DNA from: Promethearchaeota archaeon
Lineage (GTDB): Archaea; Asgardarchaeota; Lokiarchaeia; Sigyniarchaeales; SOKP01
NCBI GenBank assembly: GCA_016926735.1
Contig: JAFGOA010000044.1
Coordinates: 1-30,627 of the forward strand
DNA length: 30,627 nt
Reading direction: 5' to 3'
How positions within the stretch are numbered: the stretch's first letter is position 1; each line of letters starts with the position of its first letter. Both the position numbers and the translations under genes were made by a program. Under the pieces are notes generated by a model that did not search any database, was not told the DNA's origin, and worked only from the letters and a program-made list of their open reading frames with translations. Of the stretch, positions 17,370 through 27,490 are shown in pieces.

Positions 17370-19304
17370 TTGTCTGTAATTACAATGTTGATTAAAACTG
17401 TGATAATAAATAATCTAAGATGTTGTAAGGAAGTAAAATTTAATTGTGACTCTCTAGTAGGATTAATCGGTAAAAATAATGTAGGAAAATCAACAATTAT
17501 TGAAGGAATAAAAAGTTTTTTTCGATCTTCAAAATCATATAATTCTGATGATTATTATGATAGTTCAAAAGCTATAAAAATTAATTTAATTTTTCATAAA
17601 CTCCACACTAAAGAATTAGAACAATTTAAAAAATATTATTACAATAACGAACTAAGTTTAACACGTATTGAATCAATTGAAGGAAGTATTAGATTTATAG
17701 GAGTGAAAAAACAAATACCTGAATTTATAGAAATAAGAAAAAAGAAGTTAGCACCAGAAAGGATAAAAGCATATCGAGAACTTTATAAGAATGCTATATA
17801 TGAAAACATGCCTGAACCAGATACAGCATGGGGTAGATTAGAAATAAAAATGCAGGAATTTGAAGAAGGATTTTCCGAAGAAGAAACAGAATTAACAGAT
17901 TCGGAAATTTCATTTATTCAAAATACACCCTTTGGAGATGAGACTGCAAGTGAAACCACTAAAATAATTTATATTCCATCTTTTTATGATATATCAAGTG
18001 AAACAATACATACGAGAGGAATTATTCAACGAATATTCAATGATTATATCAATTCATGTATTGAAGATGATAAAGAATTCCAAGAAAAACTAGAAAAAGT
18101 AGAAAATGAGATTGATAATTTATATAGGAAAAAAAGGAGACCTCTGCATTCCGAATTTATGGAAAAATTAAATAATTCTTTAAAAACATATACTGTAGAT
18201 CTTCAATGTTCAATTGACATAGATGAAATTAAATCGAATATACGATTTCCTCAACCAAGGATAACTTTTGAAGATCAATACATAAAAACAAATATTGAGA
18301 AGCAGGGAATGGGTACACAAAGATCAATTTTATTTGGATTATTTAATTTTTGGACCCAAATTACACATGAGTTATCTAATAATTCATCAGATCTACAAAA
18401 ATTAGATATTATTATGCTTATTGAAGAACCTGAAATATATATGCATCCATCAAAATGCAAGTATTTATTTAATTTATTTACAAATTTAACAGAAAGTGAA
18501 GGAAGTAACTCAGTTAATTTCCAAATTATTTATACAACACATTCTTCTTATTTCTTAAATATTATAGAGTATAATTTTATCAAATTAATAAGAAAAAAAA
18601 ATAACAGTTCAGAACATCCTCTCACAACAATAGTATCAGAATTAGATAAGGAATTTTTTATTAAAAAATATTGTAAGGAATTTTCTTGTGATTCCTCTGT
18701 TGTTACTAATCAATCAATTTGGATAAGACATTTATCTAAAATATCTAATTCATTTAATGAAGGTTTTTTTGCCAATAAGATCATATTAGTTGAGGGAAGA
18801 TCAGATTTATCATATTATTATTATCTTCAAAGTTATTTAAAATATGATTTTAATCATGAGAATATATGTTTCATTAAAGTAGATGGTAAAGAAAAATTAA
18901 AGTATATTCATTTTCTTTATTCATTATATAATATCCCTATTTTTATAATATGGGATGGTGATATTCATAATAAGGGAAACGTGTCAGCAAAATCCGCTCA
19001 AAAAAATAAAGAACTATTAAAAATAATTGGAGAGAAGGAAAAAGATTTTCCTGATAATTCTGTATATGATAAAGGTGCTATTTTTAAAGATACAATTGAA
19101 GAATATATTAAAGCAGAATTAGGTGATACAGACTTTAATAAAATCAGGAAAGATGTTGTTGATAAATTTAATTTACATGGATATGATAACCTTGAAAAAA
19201 ATTCTGAATTTGCGTATAATTTGATAGAAAGAATATATTCTGAGGGAAAAAAATTACCTTTTTTGGAAGAAATTATTCATAAAATTGCAGAAAAACAGTC
19301 CTAA
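17370..19304 (+). CDS. OLD-family ATP-dependent nuclease (ABC ATPase plus TOPRIM; GajA-like)
   Basis: Walker A GKNNVGKS, signature QGMGTQR, Walker B LIEEPEIYMHP, H-loop TTHS, TOPRIM ILVEGRSD and DGD. Likely start is ATG 17385. Confidence 0.92.
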   Translation: MSVITMLIKTVIINNLRCCKEVKFNCDSLVGLIGKNNVGKSTIIEGIKSFFRSSKSYNSDDYYDSSKAIKINLIFHKLHTKELEQFKKYYYNNELSLTRIESIEGSIRFIGVKKQIPEFIEIRKKKLAPERIKAYRELYKNAIYENMPEPDTAWGRLEIKMQEFEEGFSEEETELTDSEISFIQNTPFGDETASETTKIIYIPSFYDISSETIHTRGIIQRIFNDYINSCIEDDKEFQEKLEKVENEIDNLYRKKRRPLHSEFMEKLNNSLKTYTVDLQCSIDIDEIKSNIRFPQPRITFEDQYIKTNIEKQGMGTQRSILFGLFNFWTQITHELSNNSSDLQKLDIIMLIEEPEIYMHPSKCKYLFNLFTNLTESEGSNSVNFQIIYTTHSSYFLNIIEYNFIKLIRKKNNSSEHPLTTIVSELDKEFFIKKYCKEFSCDSSVVTNQSIWIRHLSKISNSFNEGFFANKIILVEGRSDLSYYYYLQSYLKYDFNHENICFIKVDGKEKLKYIHFLYSLYNIPIFIIWDGDIHNKGNVSAKSAQKNKELLKIIGEKEKDFPDNSVYDKGAIFKDTIEEYIKAELGDTDFNKIRKDVVDKFNLHGYDNLEKNSEFAYNLIERIYSEGKKLPFLEEIIHKIAEKQS

Positions 19305-19319
19305 GAAATTTACTTCTGT

Positions 19320-19631
19320 TTAATTATATTTTACTAATTGATCTTCCCCACCCATCGCTGCAATAACATAATAATCTTCTGATGTATGCTTATAATATAT
19401 ATGAGCAATAAATCCATCAACATTGTTTACTTTGTCAGGGGCGCAATTACTAGAGATTAAATCGTCTCTAAATATTAGTTTTAACACAATATGATTCTGA
19501 AAAATAAATTTAAATGAGTAAGAAGCAATTTTAGGATCAAGTGTTATTATGAAAAGTTAACATCTTATCCCAATATAATATCCTATTTTTTAATTATTTA
19601 ATTTTGGTAATTGATCCAATACTTTAACCAT
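19320..19631 (-). pseudogene. Possible decayed small gene with two in-frame TAA codons
   Basis: AAGGA then ATG at 19631; the same frame runs to TAA 19320-19322, interrupted by TAA at 19590-19592 and 19557-19559; the last ~78 codons are stop-free. Confidence 0.35.
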
Positions 19632-19786
19632 AATTTCCTTATTTATACTCTTATATATATAATCATTATTACTATATTTATCTTATATCTAACACCTACC
19701 TTTTTAAGAGGAACATCATAGGGGAGGAAGAAAATAAGTTATTTAACAATTTAAAAATTGGGTTACCACCAAGGATCTCCATCTTT

Positions 19787-20254
19787 TTAAGCAAATTTAT
19801 ATAAACCATACAAGTAGTCAAAAAAACCTTTTAAGATAAATTGTATTAATTTTTCCTTATAATCCACTGAAACAATTTCTAAAAACTCATTTATTATTGA
19901 ATAACTTTTAAGGTGCTTAATAACATAAAAACGAGCACCTTCTTGATATTCCTGATAAACACCCATTTCTTCTAATATCTTTATAGCATCAAGGTGTTCA
20001 ACTATATCATTAAGAGCACTATTTAAAATTGAATCAAATTTATTGATAATTTCCATATTATTGTTTTTTAAATCTTTTATAGAATTATTAACACTAAGTG
20101 AGAAATTTCTAACTCCCCAGTAGATAGATTCCTCAAGATCATCAAAGATTTTAGGTAGTTTTGGATAAATCTCTGAATATTCCCCTTTTTTCATATAATC
20201 ATCAATATAATTATATATGAAGATATTAAAAAAATTACTAATTTGATTAAACAT
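19787..20254 (-). CDS. Hypothetical helical protein, probably the 3' part of an interrupted gene
   Basis: 155-aa ORF; the same frame is open for 77 more codons upstream of a TAA (20255-20257) that abuts its ATG. Confidence 0.5.
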   Translation of the reverse strand: MFNQISNFFNIFIYNYIDDYMKKGEYSEIYPKLPKIFDDLEESIYWGVRNFSLSVNNSIKDLKNNNMEIINKFDSILNSALNDIVEHLDAIKILEEMGVYQEYQEGARFYVIKHLKSYSIINEFLEIVSVDYKEKLIQFILKGFFDYLYGLYKFA

Positions 20255-20544
20255 TTATAATTGATTTCCATTAAGTAACCAAGATTTAAAATCAGTATCG
20301 TTAAAAACATTACCGTTTTCTATCCTTGTACCGTATTTAGCTTCCATCTGACTCAGTAAATATGGATCACTACAAGATTCCAGACTTTTTGGGTGACGAA
20401 AGAGTAGAGATAAAATTTCTTTTATATTTTCTCGATTTCTAATGTTATGATATATATCCTTTTTATAGTTAATTTGTTGTATATCTAATTAATGAAAGAT
20501 ACTAATCATACTAGAAAATAATATTCAAAAATCTAACTCACAAT

Positions 20545-21309
20545 TCACCATCTTAGGTCTAATTGCTTTCCATAAATATGCAACCATTCTTTCCATTTTC
20601 TGTACGTTGGCTGTAAGGATTCTACCATATCCCAAAATGAAGCAGAATGATCGGGATCATGTAGATGACTAAGTTCATGAATCACGACATAATCAATAGC
20701 AGGGACAGGTGCCATCATAATACGCCAATTAAATAAAAGGATTCCTTCAGGCGTGCAACTCCCCCATCGCAGTTTAATCTCACGGATTTTTATCCCTTTC
20801 GGCACTTGTTTTAAATAATGAGAATATCTTCTAACTCTTTTTGTAATAAACTTTCGTGCTTTATTTTTATACCAATCAACAATAACATTCTTAATCTCAC
20901 CTGTCCTTGCATTATCAGAAAGGTCTTCATTAACATATACATGAAGCGTTCGACATACGCGAACTACTCGAGTCTTTTTTTCATCAGAATTATGAACCTG
21001 AAGGTGATAGATATTGTTTTTATATCTTACTATTTCTCCGCTTATTGGCTCCTGAATTTTTGGGATAGGAGGTTTTACTTTTTCATTATACTTGATCTTA
21101 TCTGCTATCCACTTGCGTTTCCTATTTACAGCTTCAATAACGATATTTTCCTCCATATCATATGGTGCGCGGACAATTATCGATCCATCTGGATCTACAA
21201 TGATACCCACAGTCTTTCTGTGAGTTTTTTCAATTTTATATCTATAGTTCTTTTTTCCAAACTTTACAATATGATGGGAATCCATCTTAAGTATCATTTT
21301 ATACACCAT
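20545..21309 (-). CDS. YgjP/DUF45 (SprT-like) zinc metallopeptidase associated with type I R-M
   Basis: RWGSC, FNWRIMMAP, DYVVIHELSH (HExxH), HSASFW; lies 2 nt downstream of hsdR. Confidence 0.92.
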   Translation of the reverse strand: MVYKMILKMDSHHIVKFGKKNYRYKIEKTHRKTVGIIVDPDGSIIVRAPYDMEENIVIEAVNRKRKWIADKIKYNEKVKPPIPKIQEPISGEIVRYKNNIYHLQVHNSDEKKTRVVRVCRTLHVYVNEDLSDNARTGEIKNVIVDWYKNKARKFITKRVRRYSHYLKQVPKGIKIREIKLRWGSCTPEGILLFNWRIMMAPVPAIDYVVIHELSHLHDPDHSASFWDMVESLQPTYRKWKEWLHIYGKQLDLRW

Positions 21310-21311
21310 TC

Positions 21312-24300
21312 CTAGTTTTTATAATGCACTTTTGCGAGATTAACCAGTTCAATTACCACCTGATTAAGTTCTTCCTTGGTATAATTAGGATTTATTATAC
21401 GTAATTTGTCTTTAATTTCTATTCTAATTTTGCGTTGTGTTTCGGACTTACGAGTCCAATCCACGATATTTATAAGGGGTTCAATTTTCTCTAAAATTTC
21501 ATATGTTATTTGAACAAGATCTCGATCGTCTGTTATGCCTACTTTCTCCATTTCACGTTTACAAATATTATAGAAAGCCATCTCGGCTGAATTGAGTCCC
21601 ATTGCCCGTGCTATATTAGGTCTGGCTTTTAAATCCGTTATTAAAGCTTTTAATTCTTTAATTTTGTCTGCGAGACTAATTCGTTCTTGTCGATACATTG
21701 CAATAATTTTTTCTAATCGTTCTTTTAAACTCGTATAAAATTCGGGATCTTCATCCATATTCACATTAATCTGGTGACGGAGAGCATGCTCTATTTCACT
21801 GGCTTGAGATTCAGGTCTTCTAAATTTATCCAATTTTTCCTGAAATTTGGGTGAGAGAATTGGAACAAGATCTACAAGCAGGGTAATTGAGGGAGATCTT
21901 ATATATTCATCAATCAATTTTTTAACTTTTCCACCACATCCAGCAATATTAAACCCCTCTTCACGATAGCGAGCGTTTAATCCTGCATTTAAACGCTCAA
22001 ATAGCTTTAAATCCTCTAAATATGGTTCAGCACGAGGATCGGGTAAAATTATATCGAGTGTCTGAGCAAAATTTCTAAAATCTGCTCTCAATTTCGCACG
22101 TTTCTCTTCATCATTGAATGCTAAGACCATCCCCTCCAAATCAGTTCGATCCAAGCCATTGATATCTTGCATAAGTGTGCGATGGAATTGTTCTAATCGT
22201 GGTATTTCGCTGTCAATTGGCTTCATAACGCCTTCTATATCATTCGTATCAAATATTTCTAATGCTTCCTCTAAATTAAGCGAAATACCATAATAATCAA
22301 CGATCAATCCACGAGTTTTTTGTTCATAAGTACGATTAACTCTTGCAATCGCTTGAAGGAGATTATGCTCTTTAAGAGATTTATCTAAATACATTACCTG
22401 CTCAATTGGGGCATCAAAACCGGTAATTAACATATCGCATACGATTAAAAAAGTTAAGGAATCATTAGGATCTTTAAATCGTTTAATATATTTTTTCTGG
22501 TCTGTTTTATTAATTATAAAAGGTACTTTTAATTTCTTCAACTCATTATCATATAAAAGATTGGGTGAAATAAGGACTACTGATTCAGGGGCATTAAATC
22601 GGTCCAAAAACATTTTATATTTTACAGCTAATTCCCGACTGTTAACTACGATTTGGGCTTTGAATTTATTTGGTTTTATTTTTGCTTCATAATGATCTAA
22701 AATATCTAAGCACACTTTTTTAATACGTTCTTCTGCGCCTAATAAATTAACTTTAGTAGCATATTTATCTTTTATTGCTTCCCGTTCTTCGTCTGTTTTA
22801 TCAGCAAAAACTCTATCAAATAACTGATCGATTGTACTATCTTCAATTGTTAATTCTGGGAGCCTGTTTTCATAGAGGATCTGAACGGTGACTCCATCTT
22901 CTACCGATTGACGGATGTCATATACATCAATAAATGCTCCGAATTTACTTACCGTTTTACCTCTCCCAACGATTATTTTTTCGTTCTTTTCTGTACGAGC
23001 CAGTGGAGTTCCCGTATAGGCAATAAAAAAGGCATTGGGCATGGATTTTCTCATCCGCATTGCAAAGGTCTTATATTGAGAACGATGAGCCTCATCAACA
23101 AGCACTATTATGTTCTTAGATTCATTAAGTATGGGATACCCTTGCTCCTCTTCTTTTTCAGCTTCTTCCTGTGTTTCCTTGTTTGTTATTTTGAATTTTT
23201 GTATTGTCGTAAAAATTGTTTGACCTTGACCCGTTCTAATAAGTTCTTGTAGATGCTCAGCATCTTGAGCTTCTATCGGGTTTGGAAAACCAGATGCAAT
23301 AAACGTTTGATTGAGCTGATCCACAAGATCAATCCTATCAGTAATGAATACTAAAAGTGGGTTTTCAAGTTTTGGCTCTCTTCTCATTTTTACTGAAGAG
23401 AATAACATTGTAAGAGATTTTCCACTACCTTGAGTATGCCAAATGGTACCACCACATTCTTTAGGATCAAGTATTCTTTGTATGGTTTTATTAGTTGCTC
23501 GAAATTGCTGGTATCGTGCCATCATTTTAATAAGCTTACCGTTGATTGTTTGAAAAACCATAAAATTTCGAATAAGATCTAGCAGATTATTGGGTTCTAA
23601 GAGTCCATATATAAGGATGTCCTGAGGTGTTGGCTTTGTAGTTTTTCTCCCCGTCTTTTTGATAAAATCTTCCAAATCCGATTCAGTAATAGGATAAGGT
23701 TCTTTCCATTGTCGGAAATGAGAATAGTTATTTCCTACTACTCCATAATATGATGTTAATCCTGCGGTTGCAATGATGATTTGATTATAATAAAATAATT
23801 TCGGAGCTTTTTCTTGATACATGGTTAGCTGTCTTATTCCCGGTATGATATGCTCTCCTTGTAAAATGGGACTTTTACATTCTATAACCACTAATGGGAT
23901 TCCGTTAACAAAGATTACGATATCAGGAATTATATTTCCTTTAGAAGAATTTACTTTATATTGATTAGAAACAAGAAATTCATTTTTATCAATATTTTCC
24001 CAGTCAATCAATTTGACTGGTTGTTGTCTTCGACCCCTCCCGTTCTTAATATCTTGCTCTACAGTAAAAGTATGCGGTTTGGTAAGATATCCCCAGATTT
24101 CTTGATTAAATTCGATTTCAGATACTTGAGGAATTGTAAGCATACGAAAAACTTGTTTTATGTTATACTCATTAATCCAAGGATTGAATTCTCTGATCTT
24201 GGCAGTTAATCTTTTCTTAAGAAGCACTTCTCGAAGACTCGAACGTTCTTGAGTTGGTGAGGTCTCCCTTAATTCTGCTGGCCTGATATATGTATATCCT

Positions 24301-24416
24301 AACTCTGCAAGTAGACATAATGCAGGCTTTTCGGAATTCTCCCACTCATTCCATTTCGGAATATTTCGATTCTGTTTATTAAATTCTTGAATTTCATCAC
24401 ATTTATTCATATTCAA
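21312..24416 (-). CDS. hsdR: Type I restriction enzyme R subunit
   Basis: PDIVIFVNGIPLVVIECKS nuclease motif, WHTQGSGKS Walker A, DEAHR, TGTP, MLITGFDAP, LLQAIARVNR. Confidence 0.97.
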   Translation of the reverse strand: MNMNKCDEIQEFNKQNRNIPKWNEWENSEKPALCLLAELGYTYIRPAELRETSPTQERSSLREVLLKKRLTAKIREFNPWINEYNIKQVFRMLTIPQVSEIEFNQEIWGYLTKPHTFTVEQDIKNGRGRRQQPVKLIDWENIDKNEFLVSNQYKVNSSKGNIIPDIVIFVNGIPLVVIECKSPILQGEHIIPGIRQLTMYQEKAPKLFYYNQIIIATAGLTSYYGVVGNNYSHFRQWKEPYPITESDLEDFIKKTGRKTTKPTPQDILIYGLLEPNNLLDLIRNFMVFQTINGKLIKMMARYQQFRATNKTIQRILDPKECGGTIWHTQGSGKSLTMLFSSVKMRREPKLENPLLVFITDRIDLVDQLNQTFIASGFPNPIEAQDAEHLQELIRTGQGQTIFTTIQKFKITNKETQEEAEKEEEQGYPILNESKNIIVLVDEAHRSQYKTFAMRMRKSMPNAFFIAYTGTPLARTEKNEKIIVGRGKTVSKFGAFIDVYDIRQSVEDGVTVQILYENRLPELTIEDSTIDQLFDRVFADKTDEEREAIKDKYATKVNLLGAEERIKKVCLDILDHYEAKIKPNKFKAQIVVNSRELAVKYKMFLDRFNAPESVVLISPNLLYDNELKKLKVPFIINKTDQKKYIKRFKDPNDSLTFLIVCDMLITGFDAPIEQVMYLDKSLKEHNLLQAIARVNRTYEQKTRGLIVDYYGISLNLEEALEIFDTNDIEGVMKPIDSEIPRLEQFHRTLMQDINGLDRTDLEGMVLAFNDEEKRAKLRADFRNFAQTLDIILPDPRAEPYLEDLKLFERLNAGLNARYREEGFNIAGCGGKVKKLIDEYIRSPSITLLVDLVPILSPKFQEKLDKFRRPESQASEIEHALRHQINVNMDEDPEFYTSLKERLEKIIAMYRQERISLADKIKELKALITDLKARPNIARAMGLNSAEMAFYNICKREMEKVGITDDRDLVQITYEILEKIEPLINIVDWTRKSETQRKIRIEIKDKLRIINPNYTKEELNQVVIELVNLAKVHYKN

Positions 24417-24434
24417 TCTTTCCTTTTTATAAAT

Positions 24435-25637
24435 TCATAAACTAACTCTTTTTTTACCAGTAAGGAGAACTTGCATCAATCCTTTTTTTAATTTTTTAAT
24501 TTTTTTAATATATCTTAACTCATTTTCTATTTTATTATCAATATTCCTAAAGATATTACCAATTTTAATCTGTTCTTCAAGTGAAGGTAAGGGTGATTTA
24601 ATGTTTCTTAAATCTGCTTGATTCAACTTAATTCGAGTCGAACCAACAGTATATGGTATTAAATTAAGATAATTTAGACAATAAAGAAGGAAAAAATTAT
24701 TAGATTTTCCATCTACAGCTTTTAACACATGAGCATGATTATTTACCCAAAATTTACCATTCATAATATAAGCACTCTGTTCATAGTTTCCAAAAGCTCC
24801 ACCGTCTTCGGCTAATAGAACATATTCACCATCAAATAAATAATCATCTATATAGTCTATAATATTATTTGCTCCACAGTAAGGATAATTCCCCTTTCTC
24901 TCATTTCTCTCTGCTTGAGAAAGAGGTATTCTCTGACTATCAAAAATCTCTACTATCTTTTCTAATTTAACTATTTCCCATTCTTTTGGAATTTTTCCCA
25001 ATTTTGTCTCTTTAAATTCGGTGTGCCCAATCCCCTCCGTGAATAGACGTTGCATCAGCCCCTTCTTACACTCCTGCAATTTTTCAATTAGTCGCTGGGT
25101 GGCTTGGATGAGGTTATCTACATTTTCTAATATATTAACAATTTTAATACTCTCTAATTTTGGTGGTTGTAGTATTTTTGTTTTTTTCATTTCAGAACCA
25201 GTGACTTCAAGGAAAGTGCTCCCATTAGCTCGACGAATAAATCTGTTTTGCATTAAAGGTTGACGAAAAAAATAATAAAGGTATTTTACCGAAATATTCT
25301 CATTAGGAACTATATTTTGAAAACCCTGATTTGTTGAAGCTAGTGTAGTATTGATGGCACAAGCACCAATTGTAGCTCTTGAAGTGAATAATAAGGAATT
25401 TTCTGGAATAAGATTAGCAGAACTATTATTTAAACCTTCTTTTGTTATTTTTCTCTCAGAGTCGCGAATATATAAGTTTGAGAGATTTGTAATTTCCGAT
25501 GGAGTAAACCAATTAATATCTCCTCCCCAATATTTTTCATTTTGAGTATCAGGAGTTCCTCCACCTACAACTTTTCCTACTTTTTGAATGTTTTTAACCA
25601 TCCAACCATCAGGGATATATTCAAAATCATAAATCAT
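24435..25637 (-). CDS. hsdS: Type I restriction enzyme specificity subunit
   Basis: Two TRDs (GGGTP...STNQGF; IPLS...YPYCGAN...FWVNNHAHV) with repeated conserved helices KKGLMQRLFT and KKGLMQVLLTGK. Confidence 0.96.
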   Translation of the reverse strand: MIYDFEYIPDGWMVKNIQKVGKVVGGGTPDTQNEKYWGGDINWFTPSEITNLSNLYIRDSERKITKEGLNNSSANLIPENSLLFTSRATIGACAINTTLASTNQGFQNIVPNENISVKYLYYFFRQPLMQNRFIRRANGSTFLEVTGSEMKKTKILQPPKLESIKIVNILENVDNLIQATQRLIEKLQECKKGLMQRLFTEGIGHTEFKETKLGKIPKEWEIVKLEKIVEIFDSQRIPLSQAERNERKGNYPYCGANNIIDYIDDYLFDGEYVLLAEDGGAFGNYEQSAYIMNGKFWVNNHAHVLKAVDGKSNNFFLLYCLNYLNLIPYTVGSTRIKLNQADLRNIKSPLPSLEEQIKIGNIFRNIDNKIENELRYIKKIKKLKKGLMQVLLTGKKRVSL

Positions 25638-27135
25638 AATTTAATGTCCTCATATTCTCATCAAATTTAACTTCTAAATCTTTTCTTTTTTCTCTTATCA
25701 TTTGGATTTCTTTAAGACATTCATTTATATCAATAAGTTCTTCTTCAGGAAGAATATCTACATATCGCGATACATTTAAATTATAATCATTTTCTATAAT
25801 CTCTTCAAGGGTAATTAAATCAGAAAATTTATCAATTTTTTTTTTTTTTTGATAAGTTTTTGAAATTTTCATAATATGATCTTCTCTGAGAAAATTTTGT
25901 CCTGAACCTTCTTCATATTCATTTTCAGCATGAATAAAAAATACTTTTTCCTTTAGTTCATTTGTTTTATTCTTATTGATTATAATAAGACATCCAGGAG
26001 AGCCCGTATTGTAAAATAAATTAGCAGGTAGAGCGACAATACCTTCAATTAGGTCATCATCGATAAATCCTTTACGACATTTCTTTTCTCGATTACCTCT
26101 AAATAAAGCACCATTATCTAATACAACCCCCATCCTTCCAGTAGTGTTTAGAGTTGATACCATATGCTGGACCCACATCCAATCCCCCGAGCTATTTGAA
26201 GGAACCTCATATAAAACTCTTCCATAAGGGTCCCCCATATCAAACTTTTCTTTACTCCACTCTTTTTGGTTCCACATGGGATTTGCAATTACCATATCAA
26301 AAACCATTAAAATTCCATCTTCACTTAAAGGATCTGTCATTGTATTGCTATGCAGAATTTCAGCATCAAGGATATTATGTAGGAGCATATTCATTTTTGC
26401 GATTGCCCACGTGTTTCGATTCTTTTCTTGACCAAATAAGGTCAGATTCTCTGGATTTTGTCCTGTCTCTTTTAGGTATCGAAAACATTCAATTAACATT
26501 CCTCCACTTCCACAGGCAGGATCACAGATTCTCATTCCCTCTTTAGGTTGCAGAATCTTGATTAAGGTTCTAACTACTCCATTAGGAGTATAGAATTCAC
26601 CTCCTTTTTTTCCTGAATCATCAGCAAATTGTTTAATTAAGTATTCATATGCTCTTCCCAAAATATCAGGATCAGAAAGGTTAGAGTTGGCTAAATTATA
26701 TTCTTTCTGGCTAAAATGAATAATTAATTTAGAAAGGGTGTCATCCTTAAGACGCTTGGTATCTCCAAATTGAATTGGGATTAATACGTCTTGGAGGGCT
26801 TCATTTTCCTCTTCCATGGCAGCAAAAGCTTTGTCAATAGCTGCTCCTATACCTTCTGAGACCTTTCGAATTGCTGACCAGCGAGCTTTTTTAGGAACAT
26901 AAAACTTATAATTATCACGGTCTTCAGGATCACCTTTAATTTGTGTGTATTCATCCTGAAATTGATCGGATAATCGTTTAAGGAATAATAACCCAAAAAT
27001 ATAATGTTTATACTCCGAAGAATCGATACTTCCCCTAAGGATATCGGCGGATGTCCATAAAAAGGCTTCTAATTTATCAAGGGTTAATTTTGGCATCTTT
27101 TGGTCTGACCATTTGTCTAATTGTTTTTGAGCCAT
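25627..27135 (-). CDS. hsdM: Type I restriction-modification methyltransferase subunit
   Basis: LWTSADILRG, GEFYTP, motif I DPACGSGG, motif IV variant NPMW, YNLNVSRY; overlaps hsdS by 11 nt. Confidence 0.97.
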   Translation of the reverse strand: MAQKQLDKWSDQKMPKLTLDKLEAFLWTSADILRGSIDSSEYKHYIFGLLFLKRLSDQFQDEYTQIKGDPEDRDNYKFYVPKKARWSAIRKVSEGIGAAIDKAFAAMEEENEALQDVLIPIQFGDTKRLKDDTLSKLIIHFSQKEYNLANSNLSDPDILGRAYEYLIKQFADDSGKKGGEFYTPNGVVRTLIKILQPKEGMRICDPACGSGGMLIECFRYLKETGQNPENLTLFGQEKNRNTWAIAKMNMLLHNILDAEILHSNTMTDPLSEDGILMVFDMVIANPMWNQKEWSKEKFDMGDPYGRVLYEVPSNSSGDWMWVQHMVSTLNTTGRMGVVLDNGALFRGNREKKCRKGFIDDDLIEGIVALPANLFYNTGSPGCLIIINKNKTNELKEKVFFIHAENEYEEGSGQNFLREDHIMKISKTYQKKKKIDKFSDLITLEEIIENDYNLNVSRYVDILPEEELIDINECLKEIQMIREKRKDLEVKFDENMRTLNYDL

Positions 27136-27237
27136 ATTTATGATCTCACTTAAGATATATCTATCATTATATTTATATTCAATTTCTATGTTTTTATTAG
27201 ATTTTCTTAGTTTGATGATATTTTCGAATAATTATTT

Positions 27238-27490
27238 CTATGTAAAAAATTTTTGATAAAAATATATATGAAGCCATAAGTAATTTCTCATAATAACAGC
27301 ATGTTTAAATTTCCATGCTTCTTCTTTTAAATTCCCTAATAAATGTTGTAATGATCCTCTAAAATTATAAAATAATTTATTTCTTGAGAAAAGACCTATG
27401 TCATTATAAATAATTTACCAATCTATATCTCTCTTGAAATTATAAATAGCTAAATCACAATTTTTCTTTAGTTTTTAGGATTTTATTCAT
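27238..27490 (-). pseudogene. Possible decayed ORF remnant with weak TPR-like pattern
   Basis: Minus frame CDLAIYNFKRDIDW*IIYNDIG...FYNFRGSLQHLLGNLKEEAWKFKHAV; the upstream ATG at 27490 is out of frame. Confidence 0.25.

Noticed and set aside
5507-18460. Small ORFs 5507-5710, 8300-8545, 11907-12107, 16055-16303 and 18275-18460
   Set aside because: Fully nested in or antisense to well-supported genes, with no recognisable protein features.
17370-19304. Calling the OLD nuclease a Gabija system
   Set aside because: No GajB/UvrD helicase is adjacent.
16347-20509. TAA recoding/readthrough as an explanation of the repeated in-frame TAA codons
   Set aside because: TAA is the normal stop of many intact genes here (e.g. 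301, 4494, 9478, 19304); pseudogenisation in AT-rich DNA is simpler.
20818-26546. Plus-strand ORFs opposite the R-M operon (20818, 22908, 23961, 25021, 25351, 26154)
   Set aside because: Antisense shadows of hsdM/S/R and the protease gene.
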